A stretch of 64,000 nucleotides of DNA, from the sequence record PV231354.1; one strand, written 5' to 3'. How positions within the stretch are numbered: the stretch's first letter is position 1; every line of letters starts with the position of its first letter. The notes under the pieces are model-generated. The model did no database searches. It worked only from the letters and a program-made list of their open reading frames with translations, and was not told the origin of the DNA. Below, in pieces: positions 35,507 to 44,762 of this stretch. The position numbers and the translations under genes are program-made.

Positions 35507-35989
35507 ATGCCTGACAACTCGAACTTCGACGCCGCCGTCCTCGTGGGCGTGGAGATCATCAAGACCAAGCCGGAAGGGCTGACCGCCCTGGAGGCCGTCC
35601 AGCGGTTCCAGCACCAGTCGCCGGACTTCGTCGACCTCGTCACCCGCTTCAACAAGCTGACGGCCGCCTTGCCGGCGGTGGTCAACGGCCATCACCTCCA
35701 GTCGACCTGCGCCGAGTGGGTCCTCAACGAGTCCCAGCAGCGCATCACGCTGCCGTTCGAGACCATCGCCCAGCGCGTGGAATTCTACGCCCAGCAGATG
35801 ACGATCCCGGCCTACGGCTACCTGATGGATCGCTACAAGGAAAACCTCGACAGCAAGATCGCCACGGTGCGCGGCTGTCTGACGGACCAGAACTATCTCG
35901 GGGCCAGCTACAACCTCCTCGACCTGGAGGAGACCTTCCAGGAGATGGTCGACCGTCACGACGATCTGGTCTCGGACGGCTACCCCTGA
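35507..35989 (+). CDS. hypothetical protein
   Basis: ATG after the SD. Confidence 0.8.
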   Translation: MPDNSNFDAAVLVGVEIIKTKPEGLTALEAVQRFQHQSPDFVDLVTRFNKLTAALPAVVNGHHLQSTCAEWVLNESQQRITLPFETIAQRVEFYAQQMTIPAYGYLMDRYKENLDSKIATVRGCLTDQNYLGASYNLLDLEETFQEMVDRHDDLVSDGYP

Positions 35990-36061
35990 TGAGCGCTTGC
36001 GCCGCTCCAGGCCCCGGCCTAGCTTCCCCGCGCCGCGCTGTTGCGGCTCAGAGGATTCGTT

Positions 36062-36322
36062 ATGGACAGGCTCAAGGTCAAACTCTTCGCCAGGGGCGTG
36101 CAGACCGCCGCCGAGGCGCTGGTGAACGCGATCGACGCCCTGCCGGCTGGCCCGGAGAAGGATGCGGTGGTCGCGGCCGAGAAGACGCTGCATGCGCGGC
36201 TGAACTACGGCGCCGTGCGCGCGGGCGACTTCTTCGGCGACGAGTCGATCACCTTGATCGGCACGCGCCGCACCGGCGGCGAGGACAAGCCGGACGCGCC
36301 GGAAGTTCCGCCCGGCGGCTGA
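36062..36322 (+). CDS. small protein with GG + Pro-rich C-terminal tail
   Basis: ...TRRTGGEDKPDAPEVPPGG. Confidence 0.7.
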   Translation: MDRLKVKLFARGVQTAAEALVNAIDALPAGPEKDAVVAAEKTLHARLNYGAVRAGDFFGDESITLIGTRRTGGEDKPDAPEVPPGG

Positions 36323-36332
36323 CGGGTGCATC

Positions 36333-36857
36333 ATGGGCCTGACGGGGTGCAGCTTTGCGCTCCTGACGGCCGGCTCGGTCGCCTTCGCGGTTGACCGTGG
36401 GGGCAGGGCGCTCAAGGCGAGCGGCCTGCTCCTCCTGGCGACCTGGGCGTTCTCGGTGACCGTCGGCAAGGTGCTGGTCGCCGCCTACAAGCCCTACATC
36501 TACGCCTGGGTCGACGGCATGTTCGCCGGCGCCATGGGCGTCATGATCTCCGCCCGCTACCAGCGCTGGCGCGCCGGGCTCTTCGCCCTGGCGATCCTCC
36601 AGATGGGGCTCCATCTGGCCATGCTCGGCTACTGGGATTTCACCCTGGCGGCCCGCCGGCTGCACGTGCTGTCGCTCAACATCACCTACGCCCTGGAACT
36701 CTTCGTGCTCACGATCGGCGCGGTGGTCTACCGCCCTGGCGCGGACGACGATATGCCGGTGATCATGGAGGTCCAGCACCACCTCGTGGGGCAGGACGAC
36801 GGCACGCTGCTCGATTGGCTTGAGTGTGTTGACAAAGCCGGACGGCCCGTCCTATAA
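36333..36857 (+). CDS. multi-pass (~5 TM) membrane protein
   Basis: Several ~20-aa hydrophobic segments. Confidence 0.75.
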   Translation: MGLTGCSFALLTAGSVAFAVDRGGRALKASGLLLLATWAFSVTVGKVLVAAYKPYIYAWVDGMFAGAMGVMISARYQRWRAGLFALAILQMGLHLAMLGYWDFTLAARRLHVLSLNITYALELFVLTIGAVVYRPGADDDMPVIMEVQHHLVGQDDGTLLDWLECVDKAGRPVL

Positions 36858-36882
36858 CCCCCTCGACGACAACGAGGAGGCC
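36829..36882 (+). promoter_or_regulatory. sigma70-type promoter + conserved leader
   Basis: TTGACA-N18-TATAAC; motif at 36864. Confidence 0.85.
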
Positions 36883-36885
36883 CCC

Positions 36886-37314
36886 ATGCCGCAGCCCAAG
36901 ACCGCCACGATCTCCCGCGCGCTCGCCTACTTGGCGATCACGGGCGGCACCAACTGCCTCACGATCAACACCCGGATCGCCCTGCACCCCTATCACAAGC
37001 TGGTCCCGGTCACGTACAAGATCGGTGACACCGAACTGACCCGCCACGTCTACAAGCTCACCGACGAGGGCCAAGCCCTGGCCGAGAAGAGCAAGCTCTG
37101 GAAGGGCCACCAGAAGCTCGTCGAGATGGGCTTCAAGTTCCAGGCGCGCCGGCGTCAGTCCTCGCGCTTCCTGTCCTACGATCACGCGACCGACGACTGC
37201 CGCAAGGATCGTCGCGGCGCGTTCATCTCCGGCGACAGCCCCTACGCCCAGCCGGCGCCGGGGCAGACGCCCGAGGGCAAGAAGGACTGGGACTACATCA
37301 AGGTGGAGGTCTAA
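36886..37314 (+). CDS. hypothetical protein
   Basis: Start reassigned to the ATG after the SD. Confidence 0.75.
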   Translation: MPQPKTATISRALAYLAITGGTNCLTINTRIALHPYHKLVPVTYKIGDTELTRHVYKLTDEGQALAEKSKLWKGHQKLVEMGFKFQARRRQSSRFLSYDHATDDCRKDRRGAFISGDSPYAQPAPGQTPEGKKDWDYIKVEV

Positions 37315-37317
37315 GCC

Positions 37318-37704
37318 ATGGCTACCCGCACCGCGTTCGACATCCTCACCGACGCCGCCCACCTGATCGAGCGCAACGGCTGGGCTCAAGGCAAAGCAGT
37401 CCAGGCCGGCCCCGCCGCCGCCGACTGCCCAACCTGCGCCAATCTGGCCCTGGGCGACGCCGCGCGCTTCCGCAGCGAGGTCCTCGGCGCCAACTACCAC
37501 GCCTACCTGGAAGCCCAGGTGGCGCTCCTCAAGTACCTGAAGATCAGCATCGCCCCGGCCCTGCTGAACCAGACCACCAAGGGCTCCCTGATCGTCGACT
37601 GGAACGACGCGCCCGAGCGCACGGCCGCCGAGGTCGTCGCCGCCCTGCGTGGCGCGGCCTACGCCCTGGTGGGTGACGGTCTGGTGGAGGCCAGCCTCGC
37701 ATGA
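37318..37704 (+). CDS. DUF6197-like protein (WNDAPERT motif)
   Basis: LIERNGWAQG...WNDAPERTAAEV. Confidence 0.7.
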   Translation: MATRTAFDILTDAAHLIERNGWAQGKAVQAGPAAADCPTCANLALGDAARFRSEVLGANYHAYLEAQVALLKYLKISIAPALLNQTTKGSLIVDWNDAPERTAAEVVAALRGAAYALVGDGLVEASLA

Positions 37705-37997
37705 TCTGGCAAGGAAGAGCCCTGCGTGTTTCGTTCGGCGACAATCTCGTCGCCGAACTGACCAAGCTGCGCGTACCGCCTTCGACGTTCGGCCTGTCCG
37801 AGACGCCCTCGAAGGACCAGCCGCACATGAAGCTCTACGACGTCTGGGACGTCATGGGCGAGCGTCAATTCCGTGACCTGGGCGTGCCGGCCAATCCTCA
37901 GTACGGGCGCGATGTCAGCGGGATGTGGACGAACGGCGACATGTGGATCACGCCGCAGGAAGCCGCCCAGATCATCGAGCAGAGGAAGCAATCGTGA
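37701..37997 (+). CDS. hypothetical protein
   Basis: ATGA overlap. Confidence 0.7.
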   Translation: MIWQGRALRVSFGDNLVAELTKLRVPPSTFGLSETPSKDQPHMKLYDVWDVMGERQFRDLGVPANPQYGRDVSGMWTNGDMWITPQEAAQIIEQRKQS

Positions 37998-38389
37998 CCG
38001 TCGCTCATGACCTCGCCCGCGCCTGCCGGCTGATCGAAGTCCATGGCTGGGCGCAGGCCCGCCCGGCGGCCGAGCGCAATCCGACCGCCGCGCCGGACGG
38101 CACGATGGCCTACTGCACCACCACGGCGATCCACGAGTCCTGCAAGTTCGAGGGCCGTTCGGACGATCCGCGCTTCGTGATCGGCTACAGCAACCGCGTG
38201 CGCGACTGCTTCGCGGCCGTGCTCGACATCGTCAAGCCCGAGCGCGATCACCTCTTCGACCGCAGCAATCCGATGCTGATCTGGGCCTGGAACGATGCGC
38301 CCGAGCGCACCGCCGACGAGGTCATGGAGACGCTGCACCAAGCCGCCGTCACGATGGCCGACAAACTGGGACTGGGAGACGACGACTGA
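37994..38389 (+). CDS. DUF6197-like protein, paralogue of 37318
   Basis: LIEVHGWAQ...WNDAPERTADEV. Confidence 0.7.
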   Translation: MTVAHDLARACRLIEVHGWAQARPAAERNPTAAPDGTMAYCTTTAIHESCKFEGRSDDPRFVIGYSNRVRDCFAAVLDIVKPERDHLFDRSNPMLIWAWNDAPERTADEVMETLHQAAVTMADKLGLGDDD

Positions 38390-39045
38390 TGACCAGCTAT
38401 GTGACCAACGATTCCGATGGGCGGGCCTACGTGGTCAGTTCGCGCGGGGTGATCCGCAACGGCACGACCGTCGTCATCGTCGCCAAGGACAACCGCGACA
38501 TCGACGGACTGATCGGCGTGCTGGCGGTCGAGCGCGACCGCGAGACCGTCACGGTTCAGGCCGGATGCCGCCACATCCAGGTCGAGCCGGGCATGGTCAG
38601 CGAACTCAAGATGGGCCAGCGCATCGGCGATCCCGAGGCCAACGAGCACCTCGCCCACATCGCCGAGATGGTCGGCGAGGGCGATGACGTGGGCGCGGCC
38701 TGGGAGAGCGTCCAGGCGATCATCACCGAGCGCGACACCCTCAAGGCCGCGATCGATACGGCCCTGGTCCAGATCAGCGGTGGTCTCTGCTACTTCACGG
38801 CCGACGCCAAGCACGCCCAGTTGAAGGACGCCGAGAAGACCCTGGAGCGGGCGCTGAACGGCGGGCAGGCCCCGATCGAAAAGCGCCTCTACGCCGAAGA
38901 ACCGGGCGATGACTGGAGCCTGGAGCTTCACGTCTTCCACGCCGCCAACAACCCCAACCTGCCGGCCGCCACGCGGGAGCTTCTCAAGACCCTGTGGAAG
39001 GCCTATTGCGCCCTGGAACAACGCTGCGAAGGAGCCGCCACGTGA
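38389..39045 (+). CDS. hypothetical protein
   Basis: TGATG overlap. Confidence 0.75.
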   Translation: MTSYVTNDSDGRAYVVSSRGVIRNGTTVVIVAKDNRDIDGLIGVLAVERDRETVTVQAGCRHIQVEPGMVSELKMGQRIGDPEANEHLAHIAEMVGEGDDVGAAWESVQAIITERDTLKAAIDTALVQISGGLCYFTADAKHAQLKDAEKTLERALNGGQAPIEKRLYAEEPGDDWSLELHVFHAANNPNLPAATRELLKTLWKAYCALEQRCEGAAT

Positions 39046-39590
39046 ACATCCTGCAAGACCTCCTCGCCCAGCCCGAGCACATGACCGACGCCTATGCGTC
39101 CTGCATCTCGATGCGCATCGGCGACACCCTGGCCAGCCCCAAGCGCCAGGACCTCTTCGACCTCGCCACCACGCTGACGAGCATCTCCCACGCCATGCTG
39201 GCCCAGGCCCCGCAGGCGACCCGCGACGCCATCATCCACGACAAGGCCGACATGGGCGATCCGATCATGGCCGCCTTCCGCCTGGGGCAACTCTCGATGG
39301 CCGGCGAGATCATGGGCTACGAGGCGACCCGCCGCGCGGACGACGACATAATCGACGTGGTGAAGGCCAACCTCGGCGTGCTCTCCGACATCCGCGAGGG
39401 CCGCAACACGCCGTCGGAACTGGCGATGCAGTTTGGCATGACCGGCAAGGAACTGAAGGTGCTGGTCCGGGTGCTGGAGCACAAGGGCCTCGTCGTTACC
39501 GTCACCAGCAGCACGCCGGGCGTCTACGAGGCGCGCCTGACGCCGCTCGCCCATTCGATCCTCGACATGCTGAAAGAGAAGGCCGCATGA
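39042..39590 (+). CDS. wHTH (MarR/ArsR-like) protein
   Basis: TPSELAMQFGMTGKELKVLVRVLEHKGLV...RLTP. Confidence 0.75.
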   Translation: MNILQDLLAQPEHMTDAYASCISMRIGDTLASPKRQDLFDLATTLTSISHAMLAQAPQATRDAIIHDKADMGDPIMAAFRLGQLSMAGEIMGYEATRRADDDIIDVVKANLGVLSDIREGRNTPSELAMQFGMTGKELKVLVRVLEHKGLVVTVTSSTPGVYEARLTPLAHSILDMLKEKAA

Positions 39591-40192
39591 AGCCGCTCGT
39601 CACCCTTCGCGCCTGCCCGCCGGGCGTCTTCCGCTACGACGGCCTGCTCTTCTGCAAGACCGAGTACGGCACGATCATCGGCCGCAAGGACGCCGTGGAC
39701 AAGCCGCACGTCTACGAGATGACCGACCGCTCGGACGTCTACTGCCTGGGCTCTGGCGAGTATTTCTGGGGCGGCGTCGAGACCGCCGAGGATCGCGAGA
39801 ATCTGATGGTCGAGCCGATCGACATCGCGGCGCTCGACTCCATTGCCGAGACCGACAAGATGGTCCAGGCAATCATGGAGGCGGTGGGCTTTGCCTCGCT
39901 CTACGACAACGGCGCGGGCATGTACGCCCGCAACGTCCTGCGCGCCATCCAGTCGGGCAAGTACGCGGCGTTCGAGGCCCTGCTGCCGCCGCATGTTCCC
40001 AGGGATGGAACGGTGGTCCGCGAGGACCCGCTGAAGATCACCCAGGAGACGCGCGACATCGTCGGCGACGCCTTCGGCACCGTGGCGCTGATCCAGGTCG
40101 AGGACCCCGAGGCCGCGCCCATCACCTTCACCCTGGCCGAGGTCGACGCCCTGCTGACCGCCCAGCGCCGCAAGCTGGAGGCCGACCTGTGA
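39587..40192 (+). CDS. hypothetical protein
   Basis: ATGA overlap. Confidence 0.75.
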   Translation: MKPLVTLRACPPGVFRYDGLLFCKTEYGTIIGRKDAVDKPHVYEMTDRSDVYCLGSGEYFWGGVETAEDRENLMVEPIDIAALDSIAETDKMVQAIMEAVGFASLYDNGAGMYARNVLRAIQSGKYAAFEALLPPHVPRDGTVVREDPLKITQETRDIVGDAFGTVALIQVEDPEAAPITFTLAEVDALLTAQRRKLEADL

Positions 40193-40779
40193 AGCTGGAT
40201 CGCACCCTTTCCGAGGTCGAGTTCCGCGTCCTGACCTATCTGGGTCTGCGCAAGGGCAAGGCCACGACCGTCGGCCAAGTCGCCGCCAATGTGCCGGGGG
40301 CGGGCGGCAAGGCCGGTGAGGTGCTTGAAAGCCTGCGCGATCTGCGCGTGGTGTCCAAGATCGACGCCGAGCACTTCTGGAGCTTCGTGATCCACGAGCG
40401 CGGCGTGGCCTATCTGAAGGGCAAGACCTCCAACGGCGCCAAGAAGCGCAAGAAGGCCCTGCCCCCGACGCCGCTGCTGCATGAGCGGCTCCAGACGATC
40501 CTCGACGAGAGCATCGCCGGCATCGAGCATCCCTCGCAGGTGGCGATCAACGTCTGCGTGCCTCGCGCCGACCTCCAGGAGGCCGTCAGGGGCCTCAAAG
40601 CCCGCGAGGTGTCCACCGGCCTGCCCGAGGACTTCCTGGCCGGCTGGGACGATCTGAGGCGGGCGATCACCGCGATCGAGACGGCGACCCTCCACTCGAT
40701 TGGCGAGGCCACCCGCTGGCTCGAAGAGGAACGCCAGAAGTTTGACACCCTGGTCCGCGACACGGCAAGGAACGCATGA
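40189..40779 (+). CDS. N-terminal wHTH protein
   Basis: LSEVEFRVLTYL...TVGQVA...LESLRDLRVV. Confidence 0.7.
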   Translation: MKLDRTLSEVEFRVLTYLGLRKGKATTVGQVAANVPGAGGKAGEVLESLRDLRVVSKIDAEHFWSFVIHERGVAYLKGKTSNGAKKRKKALPPTPLLHERLQTILDESIAGIEHPSQVAINVCVPRADLQEAVRGLKAREVSTGLPEDFLAGWDDLRRAITAIETATLHSIGEATRWLEEERQKFDTLVRDTARNA

Positions 40780-41102
40780 CCCCCAAGACCTTCATCGATA
40801 AGCTGCGCGTGGGCGCCCAGAAGGCGCTCGCCCGCTCCAAGGCCTGGACGCCCGAGGAGAACATCATTCTCCAGACCCTGGTCTGGGCGCCGGCCAACAT
40901 CCAGAAGCGCTCGGACCTCTACGTAGCCGGCGTCATGCGGGGCATGCTGGCCCTGATCTCGACCATGAGTGGCAAGGTCTCCGAGGAGATCAAGACGCTG
41001 CTCTGGATGGCCGGCGAGGCGACCGAGATCGAAGCGCCCGTCCCGGACGATCAGGTCCAGGCGGCCTTGACCGCGCTCGACGCCCTGCACGCAAGGGGCT
41101 GA
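40776..41102 (+). CDS. hypothetical protein
   Basis: ATGA overlap. Confidence 0.75.
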   Translation: MTPKTFIDKLRVGAQKALARSKAWTPEENIILQTLVWAPANIQKRSDLYVAGVMRGMLALISTMSGKVSEEIKTLLWMAGEATEIEAPVPDDQVQAALTALDALHARG

Positions 41103-41103
41103 C

Positions 41104-41517
41104 ATGCTGTCGCGTTCGGCGCGCCACGCGCAGATGACCGGCAAGACCGACACGCCCGACCTGATTGCGCGAGGCTACTGGCACAAGGGCCAGTGGGTGC
41201 GCAACACCATGGCCAGCCGGCTCAAGGCCTATATCGACCGCGTGCCCGACGTGCGGTTCTTCGAGGACGAGAAGGGCTACTATCCGGGTATCATGCTCGA
41301 CCTGGGCGGCGATCGCTGGAGCATCACGCCGATCACCGGGCGGTTCAAGCGGGACGGCGAGGAAATCCCCGCCCCGCCGTTCTCCGACGTCTCGGCCCGG
41401 CAGTTCAGCCTCGCCCTGATGCGCAAGCTGGAGAAGGAGGGCGCGCTGGTCGCCGCCGTGCTCGACGTGCGCTATGACGGCAAGACGACTGTAGCGCGCT
41501 TTGATCCCGTGACCTGA
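41104..41517 (+). CDS. hypothetical protein, possible member of the wHTH-like array
   Basis: KLEKEGALV. Confidence 0.7.
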   Translation: MLSRSARHAQMTGKTDTPDLIARGYWHKGQWVRNTMASRLKAYIDRVPDVRFFEDEKGYYPGIMLDLGGDRWSITPITGRFKRDGEEIPAPPFSDVSARQFSLALMRKLEKEGALVAAVLDVRYDGKTTVARFDPVT

Positions 41518-41801
41518 TGCCCAAGCTCTGGAACAAGCCCGTCCCGCTGAAGGCCCAGCCGATCCCCTACCAGATCGAGCGCTATCTGCTCAACCACCGC
41601 GACGTGCGGCTGGTGCGCGGACGCGACGGCTGGTTCCGACTCCAGGGCCGCACGGGGGTCAACCACTTCCGCAGCGTGCCAGGGTCGGGGCGCTACTCGG
41701 CGCGCACCGCCATGCTCTGCGTCGACAGCCTGTGTACGGTCGAGTCGTTCGACGAGTGCAATCGGCCCGACGTGATCGGCCTGCATCGGGACGTCATCTG
41801 A
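41517..41801 (+). CDS. wHTH-like array member
   Basis: LCTVESFDECNRP. Confidence 0.7.
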   Translation: MPKLWNKPVPLKAQPIPYQIERYLLNHRDVRLVRGRDGWFRLQGRTGVNHFRSVPGSGRYSARTAMLCVDSLCTVESFDECNRPDVIGLHRDVI

Positions 41802-42166
41802 TGTGGTGCGATCCCAAGGTCCGCGCCCGGCGCCTGATGCTGCCGCGCAACGACGGCAAGGTGCGCTTCAACGGCACCGACTTCCCGTCGCTGATCTGCG
41901 CGGCGACGGCCTCGGTCCTGCTCGACAAGATGTGGAAGAGCTTTGACCAGCACCCGATCCTGCTGCGGCGGTCCGACGGCGATTTCGACCTCGACTGCGA
42001 TCCCATCGGCCTGGAGGAGGACCGGCTGACGTTCGAGGCCGACATCGTGATCTCCCGGCGCATCGCCATGAACTTGGTCGAACTGGGCTACCTACTCGTC
42101 GTGACGAGCACCGAGCGCGGCGCGCCCCAGCGCCTGGAAGTGGCCGACGTGCCGAGGCGGACCTGA
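41801..42166 (+). CDS. wHTH-like array member
   Basis: LVELGYLLVVTSTERGAP. Confidence 0.7.
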   Translation: MWCDPKVRARRLMLPRNDGKVRFNGTDFPSLICAATASVLLDKMWKSFDQHPILLRRSDGDFDLDCDPIGLEEDRLTFEADIVISRRIAMNLVELGYLLVVTSTERGAPQRLEVADVPRRT

Positions 42167-42447
42167 TGGCGAGGTCCCGTGTACGCGTCAGGATCACCCA
42201 GCTTCGCTACCTGGAGGTGCGTGCGAAACTCCAGCGCGGGCCGTGGAAGCATCTGATCCGCGCCTATCGCGGCTGGCGCTGCTACAATCCCGCCACCGGC
42301 ACGACCGATATGGCCGAGCGCTACAGCGACGACACGGTGCGGCGCATGGTCGCAAGCGGGACGCTGGACGTCCACGAGTTCGACGAGGACGGCGTGGTCC
42401 AGGTCTATCGCCTGGGCAAGGCCTTCGACGGCTGGAGGTCGTCATGA
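42166..42447 (+). CDS. wHTH-like array member
   Basis: MVASGTLDVHEFDEDGVVQVYRL. Confidence 0.7.
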   Translation: MARSRVRVRITQLRYLEVRAKLQRGPWKHLIRAYRGWRCYNPATGTTDMAERYSDDTVRRMVASGTLDVHEFDEDGVVQVYRLGKAFDGWRSS

Positions 42448-42797
42448 AGTACAAGTGGATGGCCAACCCCTACTACGCCCAGATAGGGTTCTCGCCCCAT
42501 CAGGCGCGCTACTGGGACGTCGAGAAAGCCATGGTCCTCAACCTGTGGGACGACATCGGCCGCGTCGGCGGGCTCGAAGACCCCAGCCACTGGAAGCTTG
42601 TCTGGAGGCCCTTGCAAGTGGGCCGCGAAGGGCGATATGTCCTGGTCACCGCCCAGGCTGGAATCGCCTACCCCATGGCGTACCCAAAGGGCTATCGCGG
42701 CGCGATCGTGGAGATCGCCGCCGATGAGGACTGCCGGCTGCGGCCGACGGTGCGGGACGAGACCGGGCGGATTCTGGAGTATCGGGGCGTCCAGTGA
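42444..42797 (+). CDS. wHTH-like array member
   Basis: LRPTVRDETGRILEYR. Confidence 0.7.
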   Translation: MKYKWMANPYYAQIGFSPHQARYWDVEKAMVLNLWDDIGRVGGLEDPSHWKLVWRPLQVGREGRYVLVTAQAGIAYPMAYPKGYRGAIVEIAADEDCRLRPTVRDETGRILEYRGVQ

Positions 42798-43417
42798 AGA
42801 GCGATTGGCGCGAGACCTTGGCGGCGGCGTTCGACCGGCCCCTCCCCGTGGAGGAGCCGGTGGCGGACCCCTATGCCTTCGATCCCAACGCGCCGCCGCT
42901 GATCCTCGACCTCACCCCGGACGAGAAGCTGTCGCTGACCGAGTACCGCTGGGCGGCGCTGGACGCGTCGGGCGCGGTCATGGGCGAATTCTGGGCGATC
43001 TCCCAGGCGGCCGAGGCGCTCGCCACCTTCCTCTACCCAGGCTTGGCCAGCTACGCGCGCGGCGGGCACACCGGCCGGCTCAAGGCCAACCGCCTGCGCC
43101 GGCTGAGCGAGGCCCAGAACTGGCGCTGCTGCTACTGCCATGGGCAGATGCGCATGCCCCACGACTGCGACGGCCCCAACGAGCCGGACATGGCGACGCT
43201 GGAGCACGTCACCCGCGTCACCGATGGCGGTGGTAGCACCTGGGACAACCTGATCGCCGCCTGCCAGACCTGCAACTCCCATCGCGGGAGCGTCATGCCC
43301 CTGAAGTGGTGGAAGCTGCGCCAGAAGCTCCTCCCCGATTGGCCGGCCTGCTCGCCGATCACCGACGCGGCCCGCTACGCCCTGCGCGGCTATGGGCTCT
43401 TGCGGCGCGGGTGGTGA
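42794..43417 (+). CDS. HNH endonuclease
   Basis: CCYC...TLEHV...GG...NLIAACQTCNSHRG. Confidence 0.88.
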   Translation: MKSDWRETLAAAFDRPLPVEEPVADPYAFDPNAPPLILDLTPDEKLSLTEYRWAALDASGAVMGEFWAISQAAEALATFLYPGLASYARGGHTGRLKANRLRRLSEAQNWRCCYCHGQMRMPHDCDGPNEPDMATLEHVTRVTDGGGSTWDNLIAACQTCNSHRGSVMPLKWWKLRQKLLPDWPACSPITDAARYALRGYGLLRRGW

Positions 43418-43463
43418 CAACCGTTTTTGGTTGTAAAGTGAGTTCACAACCTTTTTCGGTTGT
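43417..43463. promoter_or_regulatory. two 18-bp palindromic operator-like sites
   Basis: ACAACC-N6-GGTTGT at 43417-43434 and 43446-43463. Confidence 0.65.
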
Positions 43464-43475
43464 AGCGCGACTGTG

Positions 43476-43530
43476 TTGACGAGGTAACGAAAGCGGACTA
43501 AATGTAGGGCCTCGACGACAACGAAGGAGA
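43476..43530 (+). promoter_or_regulatory. sigma70-type promoter + conserved leader
   Basis: TTGACG-N17-TAAATG; motif at 43513. Confidence 0.75.
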
Positions 43531-43536
43531 CCCCGC

Positions 43537-43725
43537 ATGCCTAAGACCTGCGTCAAGATGGGCGATCTTGGCCTCGGCTGGTACGCCAGCAGCTACAGCG
43601 ACGACTCGATGACCGTGCGCAATCCCGAGAAGGGCCTGCGCATCGACCTGGAGTCCGAGAGCGTCGAGCGCCTGCGCCAGTTCTTCGCCCAGGCCAAGGC
43701 CGAAGCCGCCGGGCGCGCCGCATGA
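43537..43725 (+). CDS. hypothetical protein
   Basis: AAGGAG SD. Confidence 0.75.
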   Translation: MPKTCVKMGDLGLGWYASSYSDDSMTVRNPEKGLRIDLESESVERLRQFFAQAKAEAAGRAA

Positions 43726-43931
43726 CGGCGATCGGCGCGGTCTTCACCTACTTCATGTTCTTCTGCTTCCTGCTGGTCCTGGCCTGCCTGATCGAGCGCG
43801 ACGGCGACTACACGCCGCCCGACAAGGCCGAGAAGCTGTCGCTGCCGGTGATCGTCCTGCTGGCGATCGTCGCGGGCGCCGCCACCATGGGGCTGGCCTG
43901 GGCGATCCGCTATCATCGGGGCTTTTGGTGA
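43722..43931 (+). CDS. small 2-TM membrane protein
   Basis: Two hydrophobic helices. Confidence 0.7.
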   Translation: MTAIGAVFTYFMFFCFLLVLACLIERDGDYTPPDKAEKLSLPVIVLLAIVAGAATMGLAWAIRYHRGFW

Positions 43932-44392
43932 CCTCGCACGTCTCGCTCAAGAAGGTGACCACCGGCTTTGGCCTGACGCCCTCGGCGATCCCCGGTGTGA
44001 CGATCGTCCTGCCGACGATTTCGCAGGTCATCCACCCGCGCATCCAGGCCCGCATCGACAAGCTGACCCTCCAGTACAAGCAGGCCAAGGACCGCGCCCG
44101 CCGGCGCCAGAGCTTCAAGCTCCAGGCCCTGCTTGACGAGACGCTGCCGGGCAAGGTGGTCTTCCACCGCACCGCCGGGGGTTTCTACAAGGCCGACTTC
44201 ACCGGCACGGTGGAAGAATTTCAGGCCATGAGCCGGCTGCTGCTGCATCCGCTCTTCCTCCACGCCTGGGGCATCCGCTCGCTCAAGCCGCTGATCGCCG
44301 ACGGCGCCCTGGTGGTCGAGGCGATGGACGAATACTGCCGGCCGTTGACCGTGCGCTTCGTCGACAACATCTGGACCTATGATGACGCGTAA
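43928..44392 (+). CDS. wHTH-like array member
   Basis: LIADGALVVEAMDEYCRP. Confidence 0.7.
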   Translation: MTSHVSLKKVTTGFGLTPSAIPGVTIVLPTISQVIHPRIQARIDKLTLQYKQAKDRARRRQSFKLQALLDETLPGKVVFHRTAGGFYKADFTGTVEEFQAMSRLLLHPLFLHAWGIRSLKPLIADGALVVEAMDEYCRPLTVRFVDNIWTYDDA

Positions 44393-44762
44393 GCGCAAGT
44401 TGACGGTGATCAAGAAGGGCCGGCGCCTCACCGAAGTGGAGAGCGGGGTCACGGTCACCGAGGCCGAGGCCACGGTGATCGGCCTGCTCGCGCGCGGCAC
44501 GCGCCTGAAGTTCGTCGACCTGGGCGACGACGGCTATTATCGGGTCCACTCGCTCTGCACGGCCGATCTCCAGAAGATGATGCAGGGCGAGCGATCCGGT
44601 GCCCGTGTCTACTGCTACACCACGCGCTTTGCCCGGCCCACGATCGACAGCCTCGTCGCCACCGGCTGGCTGGCGCCGGTGCTCTCCGACGAGAACGGCC
44701 GGCCGCAGATGCTGGTCGCGCCGGGGCTGGCCGGCGCGTTTCTCCAGGAGATGTTCGCTTGA
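44379..44762 (+). CDS. wHTH-like array member
   Basis: LVATGWLAPVLSDENGRP. Confidence 0.7.
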   Translation: MMTRKRKLTVIKKGRRLTEVESGVTVTEAEATVIGLLARGTRLKFVDLGDDGYYRVHSLCTADLQKMMQGERSGARVYCYTTRFARPTIDSLVATGWLAPVLSDENGRPQMLVAPGLAGAFLQEMFA

